Below are positions 52,963 to 62,482 of a DNA stretch of 64,000 bases, piece after piece. The notes beneath the pieces were generated by a model. The model saw only the letters and a list, made by a program, of their open reading frames with translations, made no database searches and had not been told where the DNA came from. Every line of letters starts with the position of its first letter. The stretch's first letter is position 1. A program made the translations under genes and the position numbers. The DNA comes from an uncultured Collinsella sp. (GTDB lineage: Bacteria > Actinomycetota > Coriobacteriia > Coriobacteriales > Coriobacteriaceae): the NCBI GenBank assembly GCA_959601045.1, contig CAUGNZ010000002.1, forward strand, positions 23,420 to 87,419, given 5' to 3'.

Positions 52963-54090
52963 TTAGACCGGCTTAAGCCCAAAACACGCCCGCAGCGTGT
53001 TAAGCAACGCCTCTTGCTTCTTCCTGCGGGCATCGACACGATTCCGGTACCGCTTTCGCATACGCTGGTGCATGCGCCATGCGAGCGCTTCCATCGCTTC
53101 CATATCGCAGAGCATTTCGTTGTTGACCGTCGCGACCTCGATTCCCATAGCAATCAAGCCCGTGTTGCGTTTTTCATCATGGATACGTCCCTTCCGGGAG
53201 GAATGGCCCAGCTCACCGTTGTATTCAAGGTCAAACCGGGCTGTTTCCTGATACGCATCGCAAATTGCATGCGGCATCCTTGAGATTGCCTGCGCGCGGT
53301 CATCGAACTCGATCTTGTAGTCGGTCTTAAAAGGACCGCAGGCAAACCCACCATAGGAAAACGGAAGCGAAAACAGAGCGAGCATGATGCACTCCATGGG
53401 CGAGCGCAGGTTTTCTGACAGGTAGGGGCACAGGCGCAGCAGCTGTTTAGCGGCACTCCCCTTGCATGCGGCAAGGTAATCTGCCAGGCGATCGGGCGTC
53501 AGCACCGGCTCGACTTCAAAGTAGCCCACATCTGGCGGTTGATCCTTATCCTTTGCAAGCCTGTTCACGGTGGGTGAGCTGTAGGGAGGCAGATACTTCC
53601 CGCGATCGCTCAGTGAAATCTTGGAACACAGTTCCTGGGCCAGGGCAAACGCCTGGATACAGCCGACCTCGCGGGCGACGGCAACACAAAGGGCCTCGGG
53701 AGATAGGCTGTACACCCCCGGTTCTACCTCTAGAATCGAGCCGGCAGGCAACCCGGAACACACGGACCAGCCCACGCCAGGCATGCGGCGGCGCTGCGCC
53801 GCAGATCCCACCAGCAAGCACAGATCTTCTTGCACCTCGCCGCTTTTGGCTCCAATTCGCACCAGGTCGGGAAGATAGATATCCTCGGTCGAAGGCGATG
53901 ACGTACACAGCACGCGGCGCTCCTCATCGGGCTCAAGGTCCTTCCAGCCGATGTAGCCCATCTGCCGGCGCTCGGCTCGAATCATACGCAACGCCGAGGC
54001 GCCCGTCAGGATCACGGAAGCCGCTAGCTGCTCTTTTGTCGGCTTGTTGCATTGCCTGATTGTTACCGCCACATGAATCACCCCTACCAA
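52963..54090 (-). CDS. Hypothetical protein with a C-terminal DUF559/Vsr-fold-like (PD-(D/E)xK) endonuclease-type motif
   Basis: 375 aa. The C-terminal ICDAYQETARFDLEYNGELGH...DEKRNTGLIAMGIEVATV resembles D...E.DG..H...D..R. The start overlaps the comF stop by 7 nt. Confidence 0.6.
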   Translation of the reverse strand: MVGVIHVAVTIRQCNKPTKEQLAASVILTGASALRMIRAERRQMGYIGWKDLEPDEERRVLCTSSPSTEDIYLPDLVRIGAKSGEVQEDLCLLVGSAAQRRRMPGVGWSVCSGLPAGSILEVEPGVYSLSPEALCVAVAREVGCIQAFALAQELCSKISLSDRGKYLPPYSSPTVNRLAKDKDQPPDVGYFEVEPVLTPDRLADYLAACKGSAAKQLLRLCPYLSENLRSPMECIMLALFSLPFSYGGFACGPFKTDYKIEFDDRAQAISRMPHAICDAYQETARFDLEYNGELGHSSRKGRIHDEKRNTGLIAMGIEVATVNNEMLCDMEAMEALAWRMHQRMRKRYRNRVDARRKKQEALLNTLRACFGLKPV

Positions 54091-54890
54091 ACGCGTGCGA
54101 GAGCGAGGCCATCAACGGCCGCGGCACCGGCGCGCTTGAGTTCCGCCGAAGCTGCCGCCATCGTCGCACCCGTGGTGATAACGTCGTCGATAAGCAGCAG
54201 GCGGCGGCCCCGCACGTCCTCAACGGTCTCGTACATGCCTCGGGCGTGTTCACGGCGTTCTTCACGGCCGAGTTCACGCTGGTCGCCATGGCCGTACTTA
54301 ACGAGGGCATCGAGCAACGGAACACCCGCCAGCTCGCAAAATGGGCGCGCGATGGCCTCCATATGATCGAAGCCGCGTCGCCGAAACGCCGCCGCCGTCG
54401 CGGGCACAAACACCACTGCATCGGCGCCGGACAACACGCCGCCGTAGCGTTCGGGCGCCGCGACCTGGGCATGTAAGGCGGTGTCGTATAGCAGCTCTGC
54501 CAGATACGGCGCCAGGCGTCGCTCGCCCGCGTCTTTGTACGCTTTAATGATCCGCGGCAGCGGATGCGTGTAAACGGCACATGCGAGGCACCGGTCGAGC
54601 GCTTCGGCCATCGCCGAAGACGTACCCTCGACCGAGCACTCGGTGCACAGCAAGTCTCCAAACGGGGCGCCGCATCGAGTGCAGCTATGCCGCGGGTCGA
54701 TGAGTGCAAGCGCCGCCAAGCAGTCTTGGCAAATTAGCGCGCCGGAGCGCTCGCAGCCGGCGCATCGCGTAGGCGACAACGCCTCAAGCGCCTCGTGCGC
54801 CGCCAGGTCGGCAAACGGTAGCAATTCGTCCGCAAACGGCAGGATGCCGGCACCTTGCAGGCATCCCAACACATTCAAATGTCTCTTCAC
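54084..54890 (-). CDS. comFC: ComF-family phosphoribosyltransferase-domain protein
   Basis: N-terminal double CxxC zinc finger (CAGCE...CQDC, CTRCG...CTEC) and PRTase motif LLLIDDVITTGAT. Confidence 0.88.
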   Translation of the reverse strand: MKRHLNVLGCLQGAGILPFADELLPFADLAAHEALEALSPTRCAGCERSGALICQDCLAALALIDPRHSCTRCGAPFGDLLCTECSVEGTSSAMAEALDRCLACAVYTHPLPRIIKAYKDAGERRLAPYLAELLYDTALHAQVAAPERYGGVLSGADAVVFVPATAAAFRRRGFDHMEAIARPFCELAGVPLLDALVKYGHGDQRELGREERREHARGMYETVEDVRGRRLLLIDDVITTGATMAAASAELKRAGAAAVDGLALARVW

Positions 54891-54992
54891 GACACAACCC
54901 TCTCTACGTTCGGTCGCAGGGAGGGTTGTTGATTCAGCGCTATGGTACCCCGACGCATTTGGGGTCAGGCAGGTTAAATCCGCTCGCGGGCG

Positions 54993-56693
54993 TTATTCAC
55001 CGGTAGGCGGTTGCGGCGCAGACGAAGACGGGGTCGAGCCCTCGCCACCATCCTGGCGCGGCTTACGGGAACGACGACGGCGACGGCGCTTTTGGCCCTG
55101 GTCGGCCGAACCCTCGCCACCACGGTCCTCACGCGAATCGCGCTCGTCGCGAGCGGCGCCGCGCGAAGCCTTGGCAGCAGCTCCCCCGCCGTCTCCAGGA
55201 CGACGGCGCGTGACCTTGACCTCGCCATCCGAGACCTGATCGGCCACGGAGGGCACTGAGGGCTTCTGTTGCGCGCCCGAGGAATGGCGACGGCGCGGAC
55301 GCGGCGCGCGCTCCTCCTCGCCACGTGACTTGCCGCCCTTGTCGGCAGACGCATCGGAGGCCGAGGGGCCCTTGGAAGCGGCACCAGCCTCGCGAGCAGC
55401 TGCGGCGCGGAAGGCGTCCTCGCGCTCCTCGCTCGACAGATGACGGCGGCGACGACGCGTGGGGTTCATGCCACCGCCGCGATTCTGCTGCTGGGGCTGC
55501 TGAACCTCGCGCTCGCGAGAGGCGTTCTTGCCCGCGGCTGCAGCCTCGGTAGCATCGCCCGAGCCCGCGCGCTTGCGACGACGACGGGCACCGGCGGCCT
55601 CCTCGGCCTCGGGTGCCTCGGCCTTACCACGGCCCTTTCCGCGGCCACGGCCCTCGCCCTGGCCCTGACCGGCGCGAGCATCGGATTCAGCATCGCGACG
55701 ACGGCGCTTGGGCATCGAAGTGCCGGCCAGACGGTCGGCGCTCGACAGGCCATCGCCCACGTCGACGCCGTTCTCGCGATCGAGCTCCATGAGCGCCAGG
55801 CGCATCTCGGGCGACTCGATGCGCTCGAGCACGTCGCGCGTCACGCAGTCGGGGCGGCAGTTGCAGCCCTGTTCGGCGGCCTTCTTTTTGCAGCCCTCCG
55901 AGCAGGTCATATCGGCCAGGTTGACCTTAAAGACCTTGCCGTTCTCCAGGCGCAGCACCAGCTGCTCACGCGGCGTGTCATATTCCTGAATACGCGCCTT
56001 GCCGAGCGGCGTATCGATGAGCGTCTTCTTTTTGGGCGCACGGCTCTTAAAGTCCTTGTACGCTTCGAACTCATAGCGCAGGCAGCACATCAGGCGGCCG
56101 CACACGCCGCTGATCTTGGACGAGTTGAGCGGCAGGTCCTGCTCTTTTGCCATGCGGATCGAGACGGGCTCAAACTGTCCGCCAAAGCGCGTACAGCAGA
56201 GCTCCTGTCCGCACTGGGCATAGCCGCCCACCAGGCGGGTCTCGTCGCGCACGCCGATCTGGCGCATGTCGACGCGGATGTGCAGCGTCGAGGACAGATC
56301 CTTGACGAGCTGGCGAAAATCGACGCGCTCCTCGGCCGCAAAGTAGAACACGGCCTTCTCGCCGCCAAACAGGTACTCGACGCCCACCGGCTTCATCTCG
56401 AGGTCGAGCTCTTTGACCAGACGGCGGAAATCGACCATCGCCTCGTCGCCCTGGATGGCCAAGTCGTCGGCAAGCTGCAGGTCGATGTCGCTCGCAACGC
56501 GCAGCACGGGCTTGAGCGGCTGGCCGATCTCGTCCTGCGGCACCTCAAAGGGATCGGCCGTGACCAGGCCGATCTCGGTTCCGCGCTCGGTGGAGCAAAT
56601 GGCATAATCGGCCTCGAGGATATCCAGGTCCTGCGGATCGAACCACAGGTCGCGCGAGGCATAGGTAAACTTAACGGGTACGACTAACGGCAT
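54993..56693 (-). CDS. ricT: PSP1-domain protein (RicT/YaaT-like) with a long Arg/Gly/Glu/Ala-rich C-terminal extension
   Basis: The first ~300 aa are YaaT-like (Cys cluster CGRLMCCLRYE). The remaining ~255 aa are low complexity. Confidence 0.85.
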   Translation of the reverse strand: MPLVVPVKFTYASRDLWFDPQDLDILEADYAICSTERGTEIGLVTADPFEVPQDEIGQPLKPVLRVASDIDLQLADDLAIQGDEAMVDFRRLVKELDLEMKPVGVEYLFGGEKAVFYFAAEERVDFRQLVKDLSSTLHIRVDMRQIGVRDETRLVGGYAQCGQELCCTRFGGQFEPVSIRMAKEQDLPLNSSKISGVCGRLMCCLRYEFEAYKDFKSRAPKKKTLIDTPLGKARIQEYDTPREQLVLRLENGKVFKVNLADMTCSEGCKKKAAEQGCNCRPDCVTRDVLERIESPEMRLALMELDRENGVDVGDGLSSADRLAGTSMPKRRRRDAESDARAGQGQGEGRGRGKGRGKAEAPEAEEAAGARRRRKRAGSGDATEAAAAGKNASREREVQQPQQQNRGGGMNPTRRRRRHLSSEEREDAFRAAAAREAGAASKGPSASDASADKGGKSRGEEERAPRPRRRHSSGAQQKPSVPSVADQVSDGEVKVTRRRPGDGGGAAAKASRGAARDERDSREDRGGEGSADQGQKRRRRRRSRKPRQDGGEGSTPSSSAPQPPTGE

Positions 56694-57811
56694 TTCAGTG
56701 CCTTCCTGATATCGAACAGCATGACCTCGATGGCCAGCTGGGGAGTAACGTTTCTGGCGATGTTGCGCTCGGCGGTTGCGACCGCCTCGAGCGCCCGCGT
56801 GGCACCCGCAACATTCGTCGCGGCGGCAAGCCGCCCGATCGTGTCGCGCACGTCTTCGTTCACCACGTCGGCCGCCTCGTCCTGAAGCGTCAGCAGCACG
56901 TCGCGCATAAGCGTCCGCGCGCTCGCCAGCGCTTCCATGATACCCGAACGCTCGCGCGCGTTGAGTTCGCGCTTGTTGCGGTCCTCAAGCTGCTTCAATG
57001 CTCCACGCGACAGGTAGTCGGCGTTTTGCTCGAGCACCTTTTCCTGCGTGGACTTGACCTCGGCGAGCGGCGCCTTAACGGCGACGATGAGTGACTTGGC
57101 GCGACTGAGCACGTCGGCCTCGTCGGCGGCGATGAGCGAATCGATGGCACGGACCATCTGGCGGCGAGCATCCTGGCGCTCGGCGCTCTTGAGGAACTCG
57201 ATGCCACGCGTGGGGCTTCCCGCTACGGCAACGGCCATGCGACAACGCGCAGGGTCCTGACCGGTGGCGCGACTCACGGCACGCGCGGCCACGGCGGGCG
57301 ACACCAGCCGAAACGGCACGCACTGGCAGCGGCTCACGATGGTGGGCAACATCACGTCTGCCGAGGTGCCCAGCAAGATAAACATAACGCCCTCGGGCGG
57401 CTCCTCGAGCGTTTTGAGCAGTGCGTTGGCGGTGTTGGCACGCAGTTGCTCGGCACGGTCGATGATGTAGACCTTGGCCTTGGCGCGGATGGGCGCCAGC
57501 GGCACGTCGTCGAGCAGCTCGCGGGTCTGGGCAATGAGGTAGCCCGTGGCGCTCTCGGGCGTGTAATAGTGAACGTCGGGATGCGTATGGCGAGCAACGC
57601 GCACGCAGCTGTCGCATGCGCCGCAGCCGTCCTGCTCGCACAGGAAGGCTTGGGCGAGCGCCCACGCGGCGTCGAGCTTGCCCGCGCCGGGCGCGCCCAA
57701 AAACAGGTAGGCGTGCGATGCGCGACCGCTAGCGACGGCATTGGTCAAAAAGTCGCGCACGCGCTCTTGGGTGTCGAGCTTTGCCAGCAGGCTTGCCTGA
57801 GCGGGGGCCAT
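56684..57811 (-). CDS. holB: DNA polymerase III subunit delta-prime
   Basis: HAYLFLGAPGAGK, zinc module CGACDSC, SRCQ sensor motif. Overlaps the ricT start by 10 nt. Confidence 0.9.
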   Translation of the reverse strand: MAPAQASLLAKLDTQERVRDFLTNAVASGRASHAYLFLGAPGAGKLDAAWALAQAFLCEQDGCGACDSCVRVARHTHPDVHYYTPESATGYLIAQTRELLDDVPLAPIRAKAKVYIIDRAEQLRANTANALLKTLEEPPEGVMFILLGTSADVMLPTIVSRCQCVPFRLVSPAVAARAVSRATGQDPARCRMAVAVAGSPTRGIEFLKSAERQDARRQMVRAIDSLIAADEADVLSRAKSLIVAVKAPLAEVKSTQEKVLEQNADYLSRGALKQLEDRNKRELNARERSGIMEALASARTLMRDVLLTLQDEAADVVNEDVRDTIGRLAAATNVAGATRALEAVATAERNIARNVTPQLAIEVMLFDIRKALKCR

Positions 57812-57812
57812 G

Positions 57813-58496
57813 TTACTCGGCCTCCTTGGTAAGCGCGGCGGCGACGGCTTCCCGCGGAATGTCGAGACCGTACGCGCGAACCTGCTCGACCGTCTTCTCG
57901 AAGACTTCCTCGATGGGCGCGGTGGCGTCGATGAGCTTTACGCGGTTTGGCTCCTCGGCGGCAATGGCGCAAAATCCCTGGTAGACACGCTCTTGGAAGG
58001 CCATGCCCTTAGCCTCCATGCGATCTGCCGCGCCACGGGCTGCCATGCGTAGCGCCGCCTGCTCGGGCGTGATGTGATAGACGAGCGTGAGCGCCGGATG
58101 CGTCCCCGCAACGGCCAGGTTGTTGGCATCGCGCACTATCTGGCGGTCAAGGCCGTCGGCAAATGCCTGATAGCAGGTTGTGGAATCGTAGAAGCGGTCG
58201 CACAGGACCACCTTGCCGACAGCAAGGGCGGGCGCGATGACCTCGTGCACCAACTGAGCGCGTGCCGCCTCGTAGAGCAACAACTCGCAGGTGTCGCCCA
58301 TCGCTGTATTGGCGGGGTCGAGCAGCAGAGCACGGATCTTTTCGCTGATGGCGGTACCGCCCGGCTCGCGCAGGCTCACAACCTGGTAGCCAGCGAGTTC
58401 GAGCGCGCGGGCAAGCAGGCGCGCCTGCGTGGACTTGCCGGCGCCATCGACGCCCTCGAGCGTGATAAAGCTATGTTGAGCGGGCTCAAAAGCCAT
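57813..58496 (-). CDS. tmk: dTMP kinase
   Basis: P-loop FITLEGVDGAGKSTQ. DRF/Y motif CDRFYDST. Confidence 0.92.
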   Translation of the reverse strand: MAFEPAQHSFITLEGVDGAGKSTQARLLARALELAGYQVVSLREPGGTAISEKIRALLLDPANTAMGDTCELLLYEAARAQLVHEVIAPALAVGKVVLCDRFYDSTTCYQAFADGLDRQIVRDANNLAVAGTHPALTLVYHITPEQAALRMAARGAADRMEAKGMAFQERVYQGFCAIAAEEPNRVKLIDATAPIEEVFEKTVEQVRAYGLDIPREAVAAALTKEAE

Positions 58497-58605
58497 GGGC
58501 GCGGCCCCTTCCTACAAGGCGCGTAAATGCGAGTTATAGCAACCAAGCCATGATACCCCAGTGCTCGGCGCGTCCCAAATCCCACCTAGCCAATGGCTAC
58601 TCAGG

Positions 58606-58662
58606 CGGCAGTTAGGGACGTTCCTAAACTGCCGGCCGAAAAGGAATGTCCCCAACTGCCGG
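58606..58662. repeat. 57-bp palindromic repeat, copy 1 (GGCAGTTAGGGACGTTCC ... GGAA(T/C)GTCCC(C/T)AACTGCC)
   Basis: Matches 59724-59782 almost base for base. Confidence 0.85.
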
Positions 58663-58722
58663 CTTTTTGGGGTGCTGGGTATAATCGTCGTATTGCATTG
58701 AAATGTGGCGAAAGGAGTGGCA

Positions 58723-59706
58723 ATGTCTCGGTATTGCGCCTCGTGCGGCAAACTTCTTGCAGATGATGCCAAGTTCTGCACCTCGTGCGGTGCACCCGTT
58801 GAGCAAACAACCGCGAGCGATAGCCAGCCTGCTTTTGAGCAGACCGGTTCCCTCGATACGTCGCAAGCCAAGGCGGACGACCCCCTCGCCTATCGCCCCG
58901 ACCCCGCCGCAGGCCCCGCGGCCGTCGAGACCACGCAGCGCATACCCGTCGCGAGTGGCTCGCCCCAACAGCAGCCAGCTCCCGCATACGCGCTCGCTTC
59001 ACCACAGACCCCCGCTCCCAAAAAGAGCGGCACCGGGCCGCTTATCGCCGTTATCGTTGTGCTGGTGACGATCATCATCGCCCTGGTCGTTTTCTTTGTG
59101 ATCAAGCCTTTCGACAACGCCGCCACGCAGACGACTGCCGAGGTAGCTAAGCTGCACCATGACGTCGACGACGATGACCTAAAGCCTCTCGGCGATCCCA
59201 ACAGCCTGTACGACGATGATGACGATGACGACGAGGATGGCAGCGAAGCAACGCTCTCCGAGCAGAACCTCTACCGCCGACTGAGCGAATACTACGACCT
59301 GCTCGAAGACCTCGACAACTACGTCCGTGGCTGCGCACAGAACTTCAACGGCAGCTATCTGGAAGAAGATCGCACCACCCGTCAAAATCTCGCCGACGTC
59401 GCCGAGCGCACGGAAGACACCATCGAGCAGTACTACGATATCGTCGAGGACCTGGACGTCCCGACGAGCTCCAAGAACTACAGCTCTTGGAAGGACATCG
59501 TTGCCCTGTACGACGACCTAGATCACCGCATCGACGCAATCTGTGATGCCTGGGAGATCAGCCTGAAATACGCCAATCCTGCGGACCACAAGAATGAGAT
59601 CGTGGCGCCGCTGTCGCGCGACAACATGGCGGGCACCAATGACAATAAGTACCGCCTAGACTTTGAGGAGCGCTATCCCGGCGCCAAACCTGTCGAGGTG
59701 AACTAG
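58723..59706 (+). CDS. Zinc-ribbon membrane protein of unknown function
   Basis: MSRYCASCGKLLADDAKFCTSCGAP zinc ribbon, a P/A/Q-rich linker, one TM helix (LIAVIVVLVTIIIALVVFFVI) and an acidic extracytoplasmic domain. AAGGAG RBS. Confidence 0.8.
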   Translation: MSRYCASCGKLLADDAKFCTSCGAPVEQTTASDSQPAFEQTGSLDTSQAKADDPLAYRPDPAAGPAAVETTQRIPVASGSPQQQPAPAYALASPQTPAPKKSGTGPLIAVIVVLVTIIIALVVFFVIKPFDNAATQTTAEVAKLHHDVDDDDLKPLGDPNSLYDDDDDDDEDGSEATLSEQNLYRRLSEYYDLLEDLDNYVRGCAQNFNGSYLEEDRTTRQNLADVAERTEDTIEQYYDIVEDLDVPTSSKNYSSWKDIVALYDDLDHRIDAICDAWEISLKYANPADHKNEIVAPLSRDNMAGTNDNKYRLDFEERYPGAKPVEVN

Positions 59707-59723
59707 CACTTTGTCGTTCCCGA

Positions 59724-59782
59724 GCCGGCAGTTAGGGACGTTCCTAAACTGCCGGCAGAAAAGGAACGTCCCTAACTGCCGG
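59724..59782. repeat. 57-bp palindromic repeat, copy 2
   Basis: CCGGCAGTTAGGGACGTTCC-TAAACTGCCGGCAGAAAA-GGAACGTCCCTAACTGCCGG. Confidence 0.85.
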
Positions 59783-59783
59783 T

Positions 59784-59829
59784 CAAAAAAATGAGCGAGG
59801 ATCGCGGGGTCCTCGCTCATTTTTGTTTT
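59784..59829. terminator. Bidirectional hairpin terminator (zinc-ribbon gene / topA)
   Basis: AAAAAAA-ATGAGCGAGGA ... TCCTCGCTCAT-TTTTGTTTT. Confidence 0.85.
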
Positions 59830-59851
59830 GGTCAATGTTTCGGCTGCGCTG

Positions 59852-62428
59852 TTACTTGTCGGCGGCTGCTTTCTTGGCAGTCGACTTCTTCGCGGTCGTC
59901 TTCTTGGCGGCAGTGGCTTTCTTAGCCGTCGTCTTCTTGGCCGTGCTCGCCTTGGTCGTGGTCTTGCGGCCGCGGGCGGGCTTCTTCTCCTTGGTCGGGC
60001 AGTCCATGTTCACGCAGATGCGCCACGGGCCGCGCGCCGTGTTGACCACCACGATGGGGGCACCGCACTCGGGGCAGGTCTCACCCGTCGCCTCGAGCTT
60101 ACCGCGCGCCGGCAGAGGATAGCTCACGCCGCAGTCATCGTAGTTGGTGCAGCGGATAAAGCGCTTGCCGCTCTTCTCGCTCTTGTGCGCGATCAGGTCG
60201 CCATGGCGTCCGGCCTCGGCGCACACCTTGCACTCGCCCACCTTAAGGTCGGGCTCGTAGTTGGTGGGGCACGTTGGGTTCACGCAGATCTCGAAGGCCT
60301 TTTGACGGAACGGCTGGCATTTAATGCGCGGCGCGCCGCACTCGGGGCACACGGCCGCCTCGCCCTCGAGCGGGCTTACCTTGACGCCGCTCGGCACCGG
60401 ATAGGTCACGTCGCAGTCGGGCCAGCCCATGCAGCCGATAAAGCTGCCACGGGTCTTGGCGCTCGTCTTCATAACCAGATCCTTGCCGCACTTGGGGCAG
60501 GCACCCACACGCGCATCGGCCGTGACGGCGTCGCTGATAGCGTCGCCCAGCTCCTGCGTGTGCTTGAGCAGCTCGTCGAGCACGCCAGCCAGCAGCGCGC
60601 GCGAGTGCGTCACGACATGCTCTTCGGTATCCTCGCCGCGCTCGACGCGAGTCATATCGCCATCAAGCTCGCTGGTCATATCGGGGCTCGTGATGCGCGG
60701 GGCAAATTGCGTCAGCGCGTCGATGATGGCGATGCCCAGCTGGCTCGGCTCAACGGGATCATTTTTGAGATAGCGCACGGCATACAGGCGCTCGATGATG
60801 CTCGCGCGCGTGGACTTGGTGCCCAGGCCGCGCTTTTCCATCTCCTGCACGAGCTTGCCCTGGCTGTAGCGCGCGGGCGGCTCGGTCTGTTTGGCCTCGA
60901 GCTTAATGTCGAACACATCGACCGTATCGCCCTGCTCCAGCGGCGGCATCTGCTCGTCGCGCTTAAGACCGTACGGATAGGCCTCGCGGAAGCCCGGAGT
61001 CACGAGCACGTCGCCCGAAGCCACAAACGGCTCGCCGTTGACGTCGAGCTCGAGCTTAGTGTTTTCGATGGTCGCGGGACCCATAAGCGTCGCCAGGAAG
61101 CGACGGGCGATCAGGTCATAGAGCTTGCGCTGGCCGCCGTCGAGCGTGGACGGATCGCCCTCGCCCGTGGGGTAGATAGGCGGGTGGTCGGTGGTCTCGA
61201 CTTTCCCGCGCGTGGGCTTCATGGGACCAGCGAGTACCTTTTTGCACACGGGCGCCAGCGCCGGGTTGATCTTTGCCAGGTCACTCACCACGGCGCCCAA
61301 ATCGAGCGTCGCGGGATACACGGTGTTGTCGACACGCGGGTAGCTGATAAGGCCCGCCATGTAGAGGGACTCGGCGATGCGCATCGTACGCGCAGGCGAG
61401 ATGCCCTCGGCCGCAGCGGCAGCCTGCAGCGAGGTCGTCGCAAACGGCGTGGGCGGCTGCTGCTTGCGGGAGCGCTTGGTCACCGCGGCAACGGTCGCCG
61501 TCTTGGCGCCGTCGACGTGACCATACGCCGTCTCGGCAGCATCTTTGTCGGTAAAGCGTGCCGTCTTGTGCGCGATCTTAAAGCGATCGTCCTCGGCAGC
61601 GCCCTGCGCGGCACCCATACCGCGAATCTGCCAATAGTCCTCGGGCACAAACGCCATGCGCTCGCGCTCGCGCTCGACCACCAGGGCGAGTGTCGGCGTC
61701 TGCACGCGGCCGGCGGAGCGCACGTTACCAAAGCCGCCAAACTTGGCGAGCGTCAAGTAGCGCGTGAGCACCGCACCCCAAATGAGGTCGATGTGCTGAC
61801 GGCTCTCGCCGGCGTCAGCCAGGTTCTGGTCGAGCGAGACAAGGTTATCGAAGGCCTGCGTGATCTCGGCCTTGGTAAACGAAGAATACTGGGCGCGGGC
61901 GACCGGCAAGTCGGGCGCAACCTCGCGCACCTTGTTGAGGGCGTCCGAACCGATCAGCTCGCCCTCGCGATCGAAGTCCGTGGCGATGATGACGCTGTCG
62001 GACTTTTTAGCGAGGTTCTTAAGCGAGCGGATGAGCTCCTTCTCGGCCGGCAGCTTAATGACGGGTGCCCAGGTGAGGTAAGGCAGGCTCTCGAGCTTCC
62101 AGCCCTTGATGGAGATGCCGTCGGCAAGGAACGGCTTGCGCTTGGTGTCGTAGGGCGGACGAGCCAGGCCATCGGGCATGTCGGCCGGCAACATCTCGCC
62201 GTCCTCGGTGACCGAATACCAGCCCAGCTTTTTATCGAACAGCACGCTGTCGCAAAAATCGGGCGCAAGGATGTGACCGGCAAGGCCGATCGTCACGCAC
62301 TCCTCGCCCTTCCACTCAAAACGGTAGATGGCGGTGTTGTACACCTTGTCCTTTTTGGGTTTGCCCGTGGACAGACGCTCGGCGATCTGACGCGCGGCGT
62401 CGTTTTTCTCGGCGATGATGAGCTTCAA
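59852..62428 (-). CDS. topA: DNA topoisomerase I
   Basis: 858 aa. Toprim N-terminus MKLIIAEK, the type IA core, four C-terminal CxxC...CxxC zinc ribbons and a Lys/Ala/Thr-rich tail. Confidence 0.93.
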   Translation of the reverse strand: MKLIIAEKNDAARQIAERLSTGKPKKDKVYNTAIYRFEWKGEECVTIGLAGHILAPDFCDSVLFDKKLGWYSVTEDGEMLPADMPDGLARPPYDTKRKPFLADGISIKGWKLESLPYLTWAPVIKLPAEKELIRSLKNLAKKSDSVIIATDFDREGELIGSDALNKVREVAPDLPVARAQYSSFTKAEITQAFDNLVSLDQNLADAGESRQHIDLIWGAVLTRYLTLAKFGGFGNVRSAGRVQTPTLALVVERERERMAFVPEDYWQIRGMGAAQGAAEDDRFKIAHKTARFTDKDAAETAYGHVDGAKTATVAAVTKRSRKQQPPTPFATTSLQAAAAAEGISPARTMRIAESLYMAGLISYPRVDNTVYPATLDLGAVVSDLAKINPALAPVCKKVLAGPMKPTRGKVETTDHPPIYPTGEGDPSTLDGGQRKLYDLIARRFLATLMGPATIENTKLELDVNGEPFVASGDVLVTPGFREAYPYGLKRDEQMPPLEQGDTVDVFDIKLEAKQTEPPARYSQGKLVQEMEKRGLGTKSTRASIIERLYAVRYLKNDPVEPSQLGIAIIDALTQFAPRITSPDMTSELDGDMTRVERGEDTEEHVVTHSRALLAGVLDELLKHTQELGDAISDAVTADARVGACPKCGKDLVMKTSAKTRGSFIGCMGWPDCDVTYPVPSGVKVSPLEGEAAVCPECGAPRIKCQPFRQKAFEICVNPTCPTNYEPDLKVGECKVCAEAGRHGDLIAHKSEKSGKRFIRCTNYDDCGVSYPLPARGKLEATGETCPECGAPIVVVNTARGPWRICVNMDCPTKEKKPARGRKTTTKASTAKKTTAKKATAAKKTTAKKSTAKKAAADK

Positions 62429-62482
62429 AAGAGGCTCCTATCTCGTGTCTCTGCGGCTACGCCCGCCCGTATGGCGGCCGAC

